This document shows, one piece after another, positions 10,651 through 20,528 of a stretch of 49,736 nt of DNA. The translations under genes and the position numbers were made by a program. The notes beneath the pieces were generated by a model, which saw nothing but the letters and a program-made list of their open reading frames with translations, was not told where the DNA came from and did no database searches. Each line of letters starts with the position of its first letter. Position 1 is the stretch's first letter. This stretch comes from Tolypothrix carrinoi HA7290-LM1 (GTDB lineage: Bacteria; Cyanobacteriota; Cyanobacteriia; Cyanobacteriales; Nostocaceae), in NCBI GenBank assembly GCA_019358935.1, contig JAHHIK010000062.1, positions 1 to 49,736 of the forward strand. The letters run 5' to 3'.

Positions 10651-10679
10651 TTTATGCAAAAACCCTTATTTCTTTACAA
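10651..10679 (-). promoter_or_regulatory. Shared upstream motif, copy 1 (TTGTAAAG...TTTGCATAAA)
   Basis: 21/29 identical, same spacing, to 16350-16378; related to 16820-16849. Confidence 0.55.
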
Positions 10680-10714
10680 AACTTCATTCACCGCAGAAGA
10701 GGGAGCCGCAACAA

Positions 10715-11494
10715 TTATTTCTCTAAACCATAACGTTCCACAATCGGTGCAGTAGCAAACTCTTCTAAACCCACAGCTTTTAACAAATCATTCCAATCCT
10801 GTGCAAGCACCGACGACCCTGAATTAGTACGACGCATATCAGCTAAATTAGTCAAGGCATCCTGCCAAATTTTATTAACAGCATAGGCAGTGTACTCTTT
10901 CGGTTTTGCCGCCTTTAACTGACTTTCAAGGTTCGGGGTGAGTGCGACTCTTTGCACCCATGCTTTAACGTAATAATAATCAGATGTGTTTTCCGGGTTG
11001 CCACAATAAACTTTGAAGTACCATTGATACTTATTGTCTTGCTTAAGGGCATATTGCGGACTTTGTGGCAGAGTCATGCCAATGATACCAGACCTATCAG
11101 GCAGCTTCAAAGATGTCTTGTAGATATTTTTGCCCTTTTCATCCTGAAATATAAACTCTCCAGAACGCAAGTTCGTGGGTAACTCAGGTAGATAAACCCA
11201 AAAGGTTGGATACTCAGAGACTGTCAATGTTAAGAAAGATATCGATTCATTGACAGTTTTCTCACCAGGCACCAAAGCAGTTACAGACTGTTTCACGTCT
11301 GGACAGCCGTTACGCCTTGCCCCTCCTTGACGGCGACCGACAGGTGCGCCGCTACGTGGAAAGTTCAATTTCTCAAGGCGGTTTTGTGTATTAACTTTAG
11401 GATTATTGACTGGTTGAGCAACTTGTGCTTTCACTTGTGTAGAGTAACTCGCAAGACAAAGGAGTATCACAGGGATAACGCCAGCAAGTTTCAT
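10715..11494 (-). CDS. DUF928 domain protein (signal peptide)
   Basis: Signal peptide, GRRQGGARR.C, PTFWVYLP, YQWYF, IWQDAL and W..LL.AVGL motifs. Confidence 0.85.
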   Translation of the reverse strand: MKLAGVIPVILLCLASYSTQVKAQVAQPVNNPKVNTQNRLEKLNFPRSGAPVGRRQGGARRNGCPDVKQSVTALVPGEKTVNESISFLTLTVSEYPTFWVYLPELPTNLRSGEFIFQDEKGKNIYKTSLKLPDRSGIIGMTLPQSPQYALKQDNKYQWYFKVYCGNPENTSDYYYVKAWVQRVALTPNLESQLKAAKPKEYTAYAVNKIWQDALTNLADMRRTNSGSSVLAQDWNDLLKAVGLEEFATAPIVERYGLEK

Positions 11495-11559
11495 AATTAA
11501 GTGTCCAAATGCCGATATGACTATATAACATCAAGACACAATACCTGTATTTCGGAATT

Positions 11560-13860
11560 TTATCCTCGTATTTTCCACACTACTACCGTAGCAGTTAATA
11601 TTAATGTCAAAGCAGGCGGGACAAGTGGTATCCATCCAGCTTGTGTAAAGATGCCAAAACAAATTCCAAATAATATTAGTAGCGCTCCTGCTACTGCCAA
11701 CCCTAGGTACATCGGCTTTGAGTACCGCCATGCTATCATTCCTCCCACCAAAGACCATATCCAAACCCACAGTACTTCCACCCACCAAGACCACCACCAC
11801 AACAAAGGTCTACCATCCTCAACAGCACTGAGAATATGGCTTACCATATGCGCTTGCACGAACACTCCCGCTATTTTCTTTTGTATTTTCTTTTTATGAA
11901 AGGGAGTTTTCCAATAATCAGCATCACTTGGGGCTGTAACGCCAATAAGGACAATACGATTTTTTAATAACTCAGAGTTAATTTGGTTATTGTCATTAAG
12001 GATATCTCTAAGAGATACAGTCTCAGCAATATTTTCCTGAGTCCGCAGCGAACGATAATTCAGCAGCACTTGATATCCTGATGCATCCACTGCTTGGTAA
12101 CCGCTAGTGTGCTCCTTTAATTGTTTAAACAAAACGTTGCCAATTTTTAAGTACCCTTGTTGAGTGATATCTGCTTTAATACCTTGGTCAAGCAAATAGT
12201 GACGTGCAAGCTGAAGGCTCAAAGCATTCTCTGCCGTACAAGGAGATTTTAGAGAAGGAGTTAAATACAATAATTGCCGACGTGGAACCTCATCGTCATC
12301 TACCACAAAATCACTAAAAGTCTGGCGTTTTGTTGGAACTTCGTAAGGGGGGTGAATACCATCTGGTGCGTTATCAAAATTAGCAGCAACTTTGCACACC
12401 GCAAAAATACGGTTATCCTGCTTTAAGCGAGTGATTAAATCTGCATAGTTAGGGTCTACAGAGAAATCACGATAAATATCTATACCGATAGTTGTTGGTT
12501 GATACTGCTCAAGTTTTTGCAGCAATTGAGTAAGTGCTTTATCTGAGAGCGATCCTGTCCTTTTCATCCCCTTCTGGTTCTGATAATGAATATCTGCTTC
12601 ATCAACAGTAACTATCACTAGACGTGGATCTGCGCTTTCAATTGCTGGTCGTAGCTGCATAAGATGGTCGTAAGCTTGCAATTCCCACGGTTGTAGTATT
12701 CCGAAATAGCGCACTCCCATGACTATGCTTGTGACAAGTACACTCGCCATAAGCACGGTCAGAAAATGATATTTAGGATCGGTTTTTTGAGTGCTTAATT
12801 CTTGCCAAGTCAGCGCTCCAACTCTGGGATTTTGGATTAGGACTGGTAGCCAAGTTGCATTGGGAAATTTATCCTCCAAGCCTTGCAGCTTTTCCCTTGC
12901 TTCCCGTGAAGCCAAATATAAAGATTTACCACCCGAAAAAGCTTTTAGAAAATGCTTTAAAAATTCTTGTGCCACCTCATCCGTTACAGGTTCCCGCATA
13001 ACAATCATTTGCGGGATATCTAAAGAAGCTAACTGCCGTGCTAATCCCAAACCATCACAGGAGTTAAAAATTGCTAGCTGTAAACCTTGTTCAATAGCTC
13101 TTTTTAAACCGTACTTTAATTCTTCAATTGCTAAACTATCTGTTTGATTGATATAAATACGACCAATATCATCAGCAGTTTCACTATGCCCCGCGAAAAA
13201 GAAAATATCCCACTGCTGCCAAAGATAATTGTTTAGTTCGTTACGTTGCGGTTCTACTAAAAAAGCTATTTCAGCATTTGGTAAATTTTCTAGCAACTTG
13301 CGGTCTAATTGAACATCAATTCCATTACTATTGCCCAGAATCGCCAAAACTCTTACTCTCGGTTTACGTGGTGGTTTTGGAGGTGTTTGTGACGCTGTTG
13401 TAGTTAAGGCAAATTCTGCTAACGAGTATCTATCAAAGAAATCCCACAAATGCCAGGGAATTCTCTGTAATTCCCGATTATCAGTGCGAATTAATACTCG
13501 AATAGCTTCGGTTCGTTTTAATTCTTCGCGTAATGTGTTGTTTATACAGCGAAATTCTTCCGAGTCAAGCCATCTTTGTAGGCAGTCAATTAATACTTTA
13601 GCTTTTTGGCGGCATTCTGAAATTCGCGTTGTGATAGAACCATCGTAAATAATTTCTTGTGGCTTGATGCGACTTGGCATCCCTAAACTGCGATACTTGT
13701 GTTGCCACTGGCACAGGTAGGTAGCCAAGTCGGGATATGGTGGTAATTTGCCTGAAATTTCTATTTCTGGGTGAACACAATCTGAGCCTATCTCTAGCGT
13801 CACCCGAAATCCCTGGTGTTCTAAATCACCATCAAACTTAAGAACAACTAACTTCGCCAT
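11560..13860 (-). CDS. CHAT + CHASE2 transmembrane protein
   Basis: N-terminal CHAT-like domain (FFFAGHS, IFNSCDG), TM segment, CHASE2 motifs (ELQAYD, IGIDIYRD, IVLIG, GVFVQAH), three C-terminal TM helices. Confidence 0.88.
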   Translation of the reverse strand: MAKLVVLKFDGDLEHQGFRVTLEIGSDCVHPEIEISGKLPPYPDLATYLCQWQHKYRSLGMPSRIKPQEIIYDGSITTRISECRQKAKVLIDCLQRWLDSEEFRCINNTLREELKRTEAIRVLIRTDNRELQRIPWHLWDFFDRYSLAEFALTTTASQTPPKPPRKPRVRVLAILGNSNGIDVQLDRKLLENLPNAEIAFLVEPQRNELNNYLWQQWDIFFFAGHSETADDIGRIYINQTDSLAIEELKYGLKRAIEQGLQLAIFNSCDGLGLARQLASLDIPQMIVMREPVTDEVAQEFLKHFLKAFSGGKSLYLASREAREKLQGLEDKFPNATWLPVLIQNPRVGALTWQELSTQKTDPKYHFLTVLMASVLVTSIVMGVRYFGILQPWELQAYDHLMQLRPAIESADPRLVIVTVDEADIHYQNQKGMKRTGSLSDKALTQLLQKLEQYQPTTIGIDIYRDFSVDPNYADLITRLKQDNRIFAVCKVAANFDNAPDGIHPPYEVPTKRQTFSDFVVDDDEVPRRQLLYLTPSLKSPCTAENALSLQLARHYLLDQGIKADITQQGYLKIGNVLFKQLKEHTSGYQAVDASGYQVLLNYRSLRTQENIAETVSLRDILNDNNQINSELLKNRIVLIGVTAPSDADYWKTPFHKKKIQKKIAGVFVQAHMVSHILSAVEDGRPLLWWWSWWVEVLWVWIWSLVGGMIAWRYSKPMYLGLAVAGALLILFGICFGIFTQAGWIPLVPPALTLILTATVVVWKIRG

Positions 13861-13926
13861 AGACCCATTTGAAATTTGGGATTTTGGAGTATCAAAATAA
13901 CACTACCAAATTGTGAAAGTTTTTTA

Positions 13927-14595
13927 CCGAAGAAAGGCAGTCTTCTCAGAGGGCAGAGGAGCCAGTGCGGGGGTGAAGCAGCACTGCGGACGGGTTTTCC
14001 TTTCAGCGCAGTGCTGAAAGGGTTCCCCGGCATAAAGGAGCCAGTGCGGTGAGGCAGTACGGTGAGACCAGCCCCCATCGTGACGGAGACCGCCAAGACG
14101 GGGGACTGGCGAACCCGAAGGGTCTTGGTGTCGGACCTGCGTAGAGTAACTGCCGAACCCGTAAGGGTCTTGGTGTCGGACCTGCGTGGAGCATAGGAGC
14201 GTCACCTGACGTGGCAGAAGGAAGGAAAGCATAATTTTCAGCTTTATCACAAAATGCGCGTAAACTGGCGAAAAAACAAGGATTTCAGTTTTCGTGAACA
14301 AGGAGGCAAACAGCATTCGTTCCGAGAGCGATCGCTTTAAGGCAACTAACGGTATCGGCTGAAACGCTGATTAATAGGTTCAAACCAGGTGTACAGGTGT
14401 TTTGCCGAAATGTCCATATGGCAGGACTTCTAAAAAACTTTGTGATCAAGCTGAATTCTGGTTCCATAGAAAGTCCTTTGTTCTCTGCCATAAGGTTTAA
14501 AGCCGAATGTATTTATTTCTGGAGAAAAATAAGAGAGTGCAAACTTTCTTAAATCGAACGTATTCATTCGTGGGTAAGCATAGCTGCCTTCTGAA
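13927..14595 (+). mobile_element. Miniature element carrying a nested stack of short dispersed repeats
   Basis: Begins GAAGAAAGGCAG; contains GGAGCCAGTGCGG twice, GGGTTCCCCGGCATAAAGGAGCCAGTGCGG (also in the 4178-4498 element) and GGGTCTTGGTGTCGGACCTGCGT twice; probable right end CTGCCTTCTG near 14584-14593 (boundary uncertain). Confidence 0.65.
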
Positions 14596-14665
14596 ACTTA
14601 GTCAAATCCTTAATAATTGAAACATGACTATTACAAACTGCACCAATCATTTCGGATTCTGACCT

Positions 14666-15625
14666 TTAGGTTATAAAAAGCTCTGTAAAGCTGACATCAC
14701 CTAAAGCAACTTTAACGCTAAAACGTTCTCCAATTTCGCTGCTAAAGTTTAATTGAATACTCTTTGTGTTTCTCGCAGTTGCCTGCATGACTGCTATTCC
14801 AGCTTCATCCAATACTAGAAGTTCAAGTTCTGATGGCAAGTAATTTTGACCACCAGTTGGGTACACTTTGATGCCGATATTTATTTCTTCTCTTGAGACT
14901 GGAAACAGTCCTACCACTAAAGCGATTTGCTGACTTTTTGAATTTCGTCCTAAGTCCAGAAGTTTACCTTTCTGTAGACTATAAGTTGAATTTTCTGGAT
15001 GAAGAGCTAAAGTCTGTTCAGTCCCTCTAAATCTAAAAACTAGTTCTGATTGTTGCGGATTCAAAAGCGATTCTATAGTCTGCCAACTAGCATCAACAAC
15101 ATTCATCAACCACTGGCTCAGCTGAATTGGCTGTTTAACTTTTTCAATTGGTTGCTTCAGGTGTATAAGGAAATCTTCAAGGGAACCCAACTGGCTTAGA
15201 AGTAACTCACCATCATCAGGAACTGTTTTAACAAATCCCAGTAGTGTTGCTTCTTCAAGCGATGACTCAAACTGTACAGCTACATAGCCAATTCTATCTG
15301 AACAAACTTCTGGTATAATATGAATAATTTGCTCATTAGGTAACACCGAGAGGCACTCTATTTTCCCGAAACCAATAACTTCTAAATCAGCAATATCCAT
15401 GAGAGTTTGTATGACTGGGTGACAACTTAAACTTGCTTGCCAAGAAGTTTGAATTCCCATACAACGCAGATAAAATTGGACAGCAAATACTGCCAAAGTA
15501 TTGAGATAAACCTGTTTGGCTTTCTGAGGATTCCTATGTTTCTTTCGGAAACGTTCTGCAAGTGCGTGAGCTTCTAAGCTTACCGGTACCGTAAAGGTTA
15601 AAGATTCTGATATATTTCCTCTCAT
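14666..15625 (-). CDS. DUF1822 family protein
   Basis: KAKQVYLNTLAV.AV..YL, DRIGYVAV, ATLLGF, LSQW and GERFSVKV motifs. Confidence 0.85.
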   Translation of the reverse strand: MRGNISESLTFTVPVSLEAHALAERFRKKHRNPQKAKQVYLNTLAVFAVQFYLRCMGIQTSWQASLSCHPVIQTLMDIADLEVIGFGKIECLSVLPNEQIIHIIPEVCSDRIGYVAVQFESSLEEATLLGFVKTVPDDGELLLSQLGSLEDFLIHLKQPIEKVKQPIQLSQWLMNVVDASWQTIESLLNPQQSELVFRFRGTEQTLALHPENSTYSLQKGKLLDLGRNSKSQQIALVVGLFPVSREEINIGIKVYPTGGQNYLPSELELLVLDEAGIAVMQATARNTKSIQLNFSSEIGERFSVKVALGDVSFTELFIT

Positions 15626-15640
15626 TTGTACACCTATTCC

Positions 15641-16291
15641 TTAATCGACCTGATTCTCACAATATTCTTTTAACTTGGAAGATAGCTTTTTTATACATCG
15701 GTAATAGAAGCTGCTCACTGTAGGAACTTTCATTTCAAATTCTGCTGAAATCTCTTTCCATGATTTTCCGGACATTCTGAGCATAGCTAATGCTTGAAAC
15801 GTTGCTTGGGGACATTTCTCTATATACTCATTTTTGAAAATGTCTTCTGGGTCTGATTCTATACATTGCTTGACGATTTCTGTGAGGTCTTTTGATTCTG
15901 TTGGTAAGGCAAGATTATCTAGGTCAGTAATGGTCATTTTTGTTACGGAACAATGACTTAGGTTTTGACGAAGAGTATCTTTAAAAAATCGTCGTGACAA
16001 AAGAACATTGACCCATACCAAAACCGTACCGCGTTCCGGGTCGTACTTATCAATATTTTGACAAATATAAAGGAAAAGTTCCTGACGTGCTTCATTGTAA
16101 ATATCTTGAACATTGCTGAAAAATTGATTTTTGGATGGATACCAAAGATTGCCAAAGCGCACAATGCTGTGAATTAGCTTTGTTAAAGCGATTTGCCGTT
16201 CCTGAGAATGTGGCGGGTGTCGCTGCGCAACAGAAGCAAGCTGTAGTAAATACGAATCAAGTTCATCTCTCCTCATTACTTGAGACTCCAA
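15641..16291 (-). CDS. Divergent sigma-70/ECF-like factor
   Basis: Region-2-like YNEARQELFLYICQNIDKYDPERG...WVN and region-4 HTH (GKSWKEISAEF...TVSSFYYRC). Confidence 0.75.
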   Translation of the reverse strand: MESQVMRRDELDSYLLQLASVAQRHPPHSQERQIALTKLIHSIVRFGNLWYPSKNQFFSNVQDIYNEARQELFLYICQNIDKYDPERGTVLVWVNVLLSRRFFKDTLRQNLSHCSVTKMTITDLDNLALPTESKDLTEIVKQCIESDPEDIFKNEYIEKCPQATFQALAMLRMSGKSWKEISAEFEMKVPTVSSFYYRCIKKLSSKLKEYCENQVD

Positions 16292-16349
16292 ATGTTATTG
16301 AAGAGCCGAAGTGAACTCCTATTTCTCTCTCGTGGTGAAAGCATGGCAC

Positions 16350-16378
16350 TTTATGCAAAACAACTGTATTTTTGACAA
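16350..16378 (-). promoter_or_regulatory. Shared upstream motif, copy 2 (TTGTCAAA...TTTGCATAAA)
   Basis: About 60 bp upstream of the sigma-like gene; matches 10651-10679. Confidence 0.55.
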
Positions 16379-16819
16379 TTGTTTACATTTTGAGTTGCAC
16401 TCAAGAACTTTAGTGTTCTGTTCTAGAATAAAATAACTCGTGCATGAGATTCGCAATTAGCTGTAACACAAGGAATTACCTCTAAATTTTGAATGAATTT
16501 TGGCACAGCGGTAAAAGTAGTGAGCCAGGAACTGAGCCAAAGATGCGCCAACAATGTGCTGTCAAGCCTTTGCATAAGTACTTACTTTAGAGGTGTGAAA
16601 GTAGGCGTTAGCACTTCCTACACCGATAAGTTCTTACTGACTAAGCAGTTTATAAACAAAAATATACGGAGAGAAAAAGATGACAGACAATCAGTGTTGC
16701 TTTGTCCAATGACGTAATGACGCAATAACTACAGGATAACCATAGACGTACTCTCGGATCTGTTGAAAGCGGCGCGACTGATCTAATCGGGGTGGGACAC
16801 CAGCAAAAAGTATCAAGTT

Positions 16820-16849
16820 TTGTAAAGAAAAACGAGAGCTTTGCAGAAA
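16820..16849 (+). promoter_or_regulatory. Shared upstream motif, copy 3 (TTGTAAAG...TTTGCAGAAA)
   Basis: First 11 nt identical to copy 1, spacer 1 nt longer; oriented toward 16933. Confidence 0.45.
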
Positions 16850-16932
16850 AGAAGTCGTAGTAGCAAGAGAAACAGTTAGAGCAACGGATCTGTTTTGGAC
16901 AGGTTTGTATCAATACTAGATAGGTTTTGAGT

Positions 16933-17145
16933 ATGATGCTCATTCGTGACGTTGTTCAACAGGCTATAACGGCTGGTTATCTAACGGTTTGGGCAGAAGA
17001 AAGATTGCGACAACTTCTGAGTACAAAGTATGACTTGGAAGATTTAAACGCTTTTATGAGTTTACTTGAAGGGGCAATGGCTGGGAGAGTTCGGCAAGAG
17101 TCACGTGAAACCAGACGCTATCAGGGGCATGGCGATGAGGACTAA
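16933..17145 (+). CDS. Small hypothetical protein of a type seen in cyanobacteria
   Basis: IRDVVQQAI..GYLT..AEE.LRQLL....DLEDLNAFMSL..A...G.V.QES pattern. Confidence 0.7.
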   Translation: MMLIRDVVQQAITAGYLTVWAEERLRQLLSTKYDLEDLNAFMSLLEGAMAGRVRQESRETRRYQGHGDED

Positions 17146-17184
17146 TTTTTTTAAGCTCATTTAGTAATTGCAGGAAATTGAACT

Positions 17185-18102
17185 ATGGTTTTTGGCAACT
17201 GCATTTCAAAGCAACGCAATTCTCAAGTCACACCGCAGCAGCTAGAAAAAAACTTGCAGTTTTCTGTCGAAGATGCGGTTTTCTGGGTGGATACAGACGC
17301 ACGGTTTCTATTTATCAATGATGGGGCTTGTAGCTTAACTGGGTATTCCCGTGAGCAATTACTCTCCATGACTATGCACGACATATACCCGAACCTTTCA
17401 GCAAAAGTTTGGACAGAGTATTGGAGAACAATTAGGCAGCAAGGTTCTTTCACCTTTGAATCTGTGTGTCGGACTCAGGAAGGTTGGAGCTTTCTGGTAG
17501 AAAACATTGTTATCTATCCTCTTCCTTATCTGGAACACGTTGGCAAGGAGTATGGCTGTATTTTTGTTCGCAATATCAACAAAAGTAGGCAGTTAGACGT
17601 AAGTCTAAAGACAACCATTGAAGAGCTAGAATGCAGAGTCCAACAGCTTACTGCTAAATTGGAAGAAGTGAAAGAGCAATCTTGCCGTGAGATTGTAGAA
17701 ACTCGCCAGACCTTGGCACAAGAAGCAGTCCCGTATTCGTTCTGGCCATCGATTTCTCATCTGAATCAAGTCTTCGACTTCATCGAAGCCAATTATGGTC
17801 AACAAATTACTGTGTATAATGTAGCCCAGGCAGTTGGTTACTCTACTGCTTACTTGAGCAATCTGGTGAAGTCCAAAACTGGACGGACTATACATAGTTG
17901 GATTGTTGATCGCCGGATGGCAGAAGCGCGATCCTTGCTTCTAAAAACTGACCAAGCCGTGAATAAAATTGCTGCGGCAGTGGGCTATCCAGATGCAGGT
18001 CATTTCACCCGCCAGTTTCGCCAGCTCTACAAAGTAGCTCCAAAAGTGTGGAGAAATATACATTGCAGCCAGAGCGGCATTCAGCAAGACGGAATAAATT
18101 AA
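17185..18102 (+). CDS. PAS + AraC-family transcriptional regulator
   Basis: PAS (NDGACSLTGYSREQLLSMTMHDI), coiled coil, AraC double HTH (VAQAVGYS..YLS; IAAAVGY.D..HF.RQFR). Confidence 0.88.
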   Translation: MVFGNCISKQRNSQVTPQQLEKNLQFSVEDAVFWVDTDARFLFINDGACSLTGYSREQLLSMTMHDIYPNLSAKVWTEYWRTIRQQGSFTFESVCRTQEGWSFLVENIVIYPLPYLEHVGKEYGCIFVRNINKSRQLDVSLKTTIEELECRVQQLTAKLEEVKEQSCREIVETRQTLAQEAVPYSFWPSISHLNQVFDFIEANYGQQITVYNVAQAVGYSTAYLSNLVKSKTGRTIHSWIVDRRMAEARSLLLKTDQAVNKIAAAVGYPDAGHFTRQFRQLYKVAPKVWRNIHCSQSGIQQDGIN

Positions 18103-18490
18103 GCTCAATGGCATACGAAGTATTGACGAGGCTGGAGGTTTACCAGTGGCGAGAGTCCTTCGGACACGCTGCGCGAACGCCCTGCCTGGGAAATCTCTGC
18201 CAGCACTGGTGTAATTTTTAACGTAGTTCCAGCCCGTCGCGCTACCCAAACTGACCCATTGTGGTTTTGTGGAGTGCTTAGCAAAGAAGTCCCGTCAATC
18301 CTGAGTAAAAGAATAAATGTCCTACTTTACGGCAAAATTTTCCATTGAAATGGGGTATGGGGGCACTTAAACTTAATGCTTTAGGGCATATAAATTTGTT
18401 GAACTAATCAATAGTCCATAGTTGTGTTGTTCTCTGGCTAGTTAGGTTGTTCCCGTTGCATATACATTAGGTTATTTCGCAACAACTCTT

Positions 18491-20314
18491 ATGTTTAAAG
18501 AAGTGCTGGACGTTGTACGTAGCTACACAAAAACTTTCTGCCGTTCTCTACCATTTTTGTGGACAGCAGCACCAAGAGAAACAATCTTGATGATCGCTGG
18601 TGTGTTGTTACAGGGAATTGTTCCCGCGCTGAGCGTCTGGATTACCAAGCAAGTGGTAGATGCAGTGGCAATAGCTTTAAACCAAGGGAAAGAAATTAGC
18701 TCAGTACTCCTCGCTAGCTTGGTAGCTGCATGGGTTGGGGCTTTACTACTAGAGGTTCTCCTGCGACCTTGGATGTCAGCAATTCAGGGAAATTTGGGTG
18801 AAAAGCTAACAGCTCACATCAACTTGCTTTTGATGCGTAAAGTTGACACTTTTCCCGACTTGAACCGTTTTGAAGACCAAAAGTTTTATGACGAGCTACG
18901 GATTCTCCAGGAACAAGTAAACTACCAGCCAATGAATTTTATTGGAAATTTGGCTCAGGGAGGCAGCAGTTTGTTCACTTTGGTAACTATGGTAGTGCTG
19001 CTATTCCCACTTGGGTTTTGGATTCCGTTTGTGATTATTATTACAACCCTACCCCAGATATATGTTTCCTTCCAGTATGAAATGATCATTTGGGGAGCCA
19101 TGTATGAGAAAAGTCCAGAATCTCGGCGGATGCAGTACTGCTCTTCAGTAATGCTTACTGATACCTACGCTAAGGAAGTGCGCTTGTTTAAGCTTGGTCC
19201 GTTGTTTATTAGTCGATATGTCAAAGAATTTCAGTCTTTGCATCAAACTATGCGCCACTTGCGGGGGAAACAAGCTTTTTGGGCGGCGCGTTTGTCTGTG
19301 ATGAGTGCTTTGGGGAATGGCTTTGCCTTTTATTGGGTGGTGCAGCAGGCTTTTAGAGGGGAAATTAGCCCAGGAAGTGTACTCCTTTTTGTGCAATCAC
19401 TAGCTTACCTCCAGCAGAATCTAGAACAGTGTATCGCTGTCTCCTTAACTACCTTTGAGACTCTACTCTATATGCAGCAGTTTTTTGGTTTCTTGGAGAG
19501 CCAACCAATAATGCCTGTGTGCATTCCGGGTAAACCAGTACCTGTTCCCATGCGATCGGGTATCACTTTTGATAAAGTACACTTTTGCTATCCAGACAAT
19601 CGGTCTGCGGTTGTAGACGTTTCCTTTACCCTGGAACCAGGTGAAACAGTAGCCCTCGTAGGAGAAAATGGGGCAGGCAAGACCACCCTAGTAAAGCTAC
19701 TGACGCGGTTATATGACCCTACAGAGGGAGCAATTGTGATTGATGGTGTAGACCTAAGGGAATTAGACTTGGATGCATGGCGGCAAAATATTGCTGCGGT
19801 GTTTCAAGACTTTAGCCGCTATGCACTCACACTGGGAGAGAACATTGCTTTGGGAGACATTGCAGCGCTGAATGACTCAGAACGCCTCAGACGTGCAGTC
19901 CAAAAAGCTGGTATTGCGGAACTAGTCGAAAAGTTTCCGCAAGGAGATCTCACTCCTCTGGGCAAGCAGTTTGGCGGCACAGAACTGTCTGGAGGAGAGT
20001 GGCAAAAGTTAGCGATCGCCCGAGCTTTCATGCGAGAAGAAGCCCAACTACTCATTCTTGATGAGCCGACAGCTGCCCTTGACCCCCGGAGCGAGTATGA
20101 GGTCTACCGCCGCTTTGTTGAACTAGCTCAAGGTAAGACTACGCTTTTAATCACCCACCGACTGGCTTCTGTACGCATGGCTGACCGCATCTTAGTTTTG
20201 AAATCCGGGCGACTTATCGAAGAGGGCACCCACCAGGAACTTTTGCGACGTGGAGGTGAGTATGCCCAGCTTTGGAATATGCAAGCCCAGCAATATGGTG
20301 CTCAAATAATTTGA
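18491..20314 (+). CDS. ABC exporter, fused permease/ATPase (lasso-peptide D-type)
   Basis: About six TM helices, Walker A GENGAGKT, signature LSGGEWQK, Walker B LLILDE; directly upstream of the cyclase. Confidence 0.9.
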   Translation: MFKEVLDVVRSYTKTFCRSLPFLWTAAPRETILMIAGVLLQGIVPALSVWITKQVVDAVAIALNQGKEISSVLLASLVAAWVGALLLEVLLRPWMSAIQGNLGEKLTAHINLLLMRKVDTFPDLNRFEDQKFYDELRILQEQVNYQPMNFIGNLAQGGSSLFTLVTMVVLLFPLGFWIPFVIIITTLPQIYVSFQYEMIIWGAMYEKSPESRRMQYCSSVMLTDTYAKEVRLFKLGPLFISRYVKEFQSLHQTMRHLRGKQAFWAARLSVMSALGNGFAFYWVVQQAFRGEISPGSVLLFVQSLAYLQQNLEQCIAVSLTTFETLLYMQQFFGFLESQPIMPVCIPGKPVPVPMRSGITFDKVHFCYPDNRSAVVDVSFTLEPGETVALVGENGAGKTTLVKLLTRLYDPTEGAIVIDGVDLRELDLDAWRQNIAAVFQDFSRYALTLGENIALGDIAALNDSERLRRAVQKAGIAELVEKFPQGDLTPLGKQFGGTELSGGEWQKLAIARAFMREEAQLLILDEPTAALDPRSEYEVYRRFVELAQGKTTLLITHRLASVRMADRILVLKSGRLIEEGTHQELLRRGGEYAQLWNMQAQQYGAQII

Positions 20315-20528
20315 CGGAACTGTTTGGCACTCAGCAAAACCGAAGGAATATCCCATTTCATCGAGAGATTTTCCATTGAGACTGAGCTTCGCAACCTTTA
20401 AATTTAATAGTGTGATTAATGACTCCAATTGTAGATATCACTTCTGTTTAGCAATAATTTTTTGCGTGCCAAGAAAATCTTGTGCAACAAGATTAATTCA
20501 CCTGATTAGTAATAGCAGGAAAAAACTT

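Noticed and set aside
13950..14220. Repeated 13-30 bp units resembling a CRISPR array
   Set aside because: Irregular spacing, nested rather than alternating with unique spacers, and no cas genes; fits short dispersed repeats.
13848..14491. ORFs 13848-14096, 13924-14316, 14003-14194 and 14285-14491
   Set aside because: They lie within the repeat element and have no recognisable protein motifs.
20376..20528. N-terminal extension of the cyclase 1 ORF
   Set aside because: The paralog starts at MKRWFCG and the matching upstream DNA of copy 2 is non-coding.
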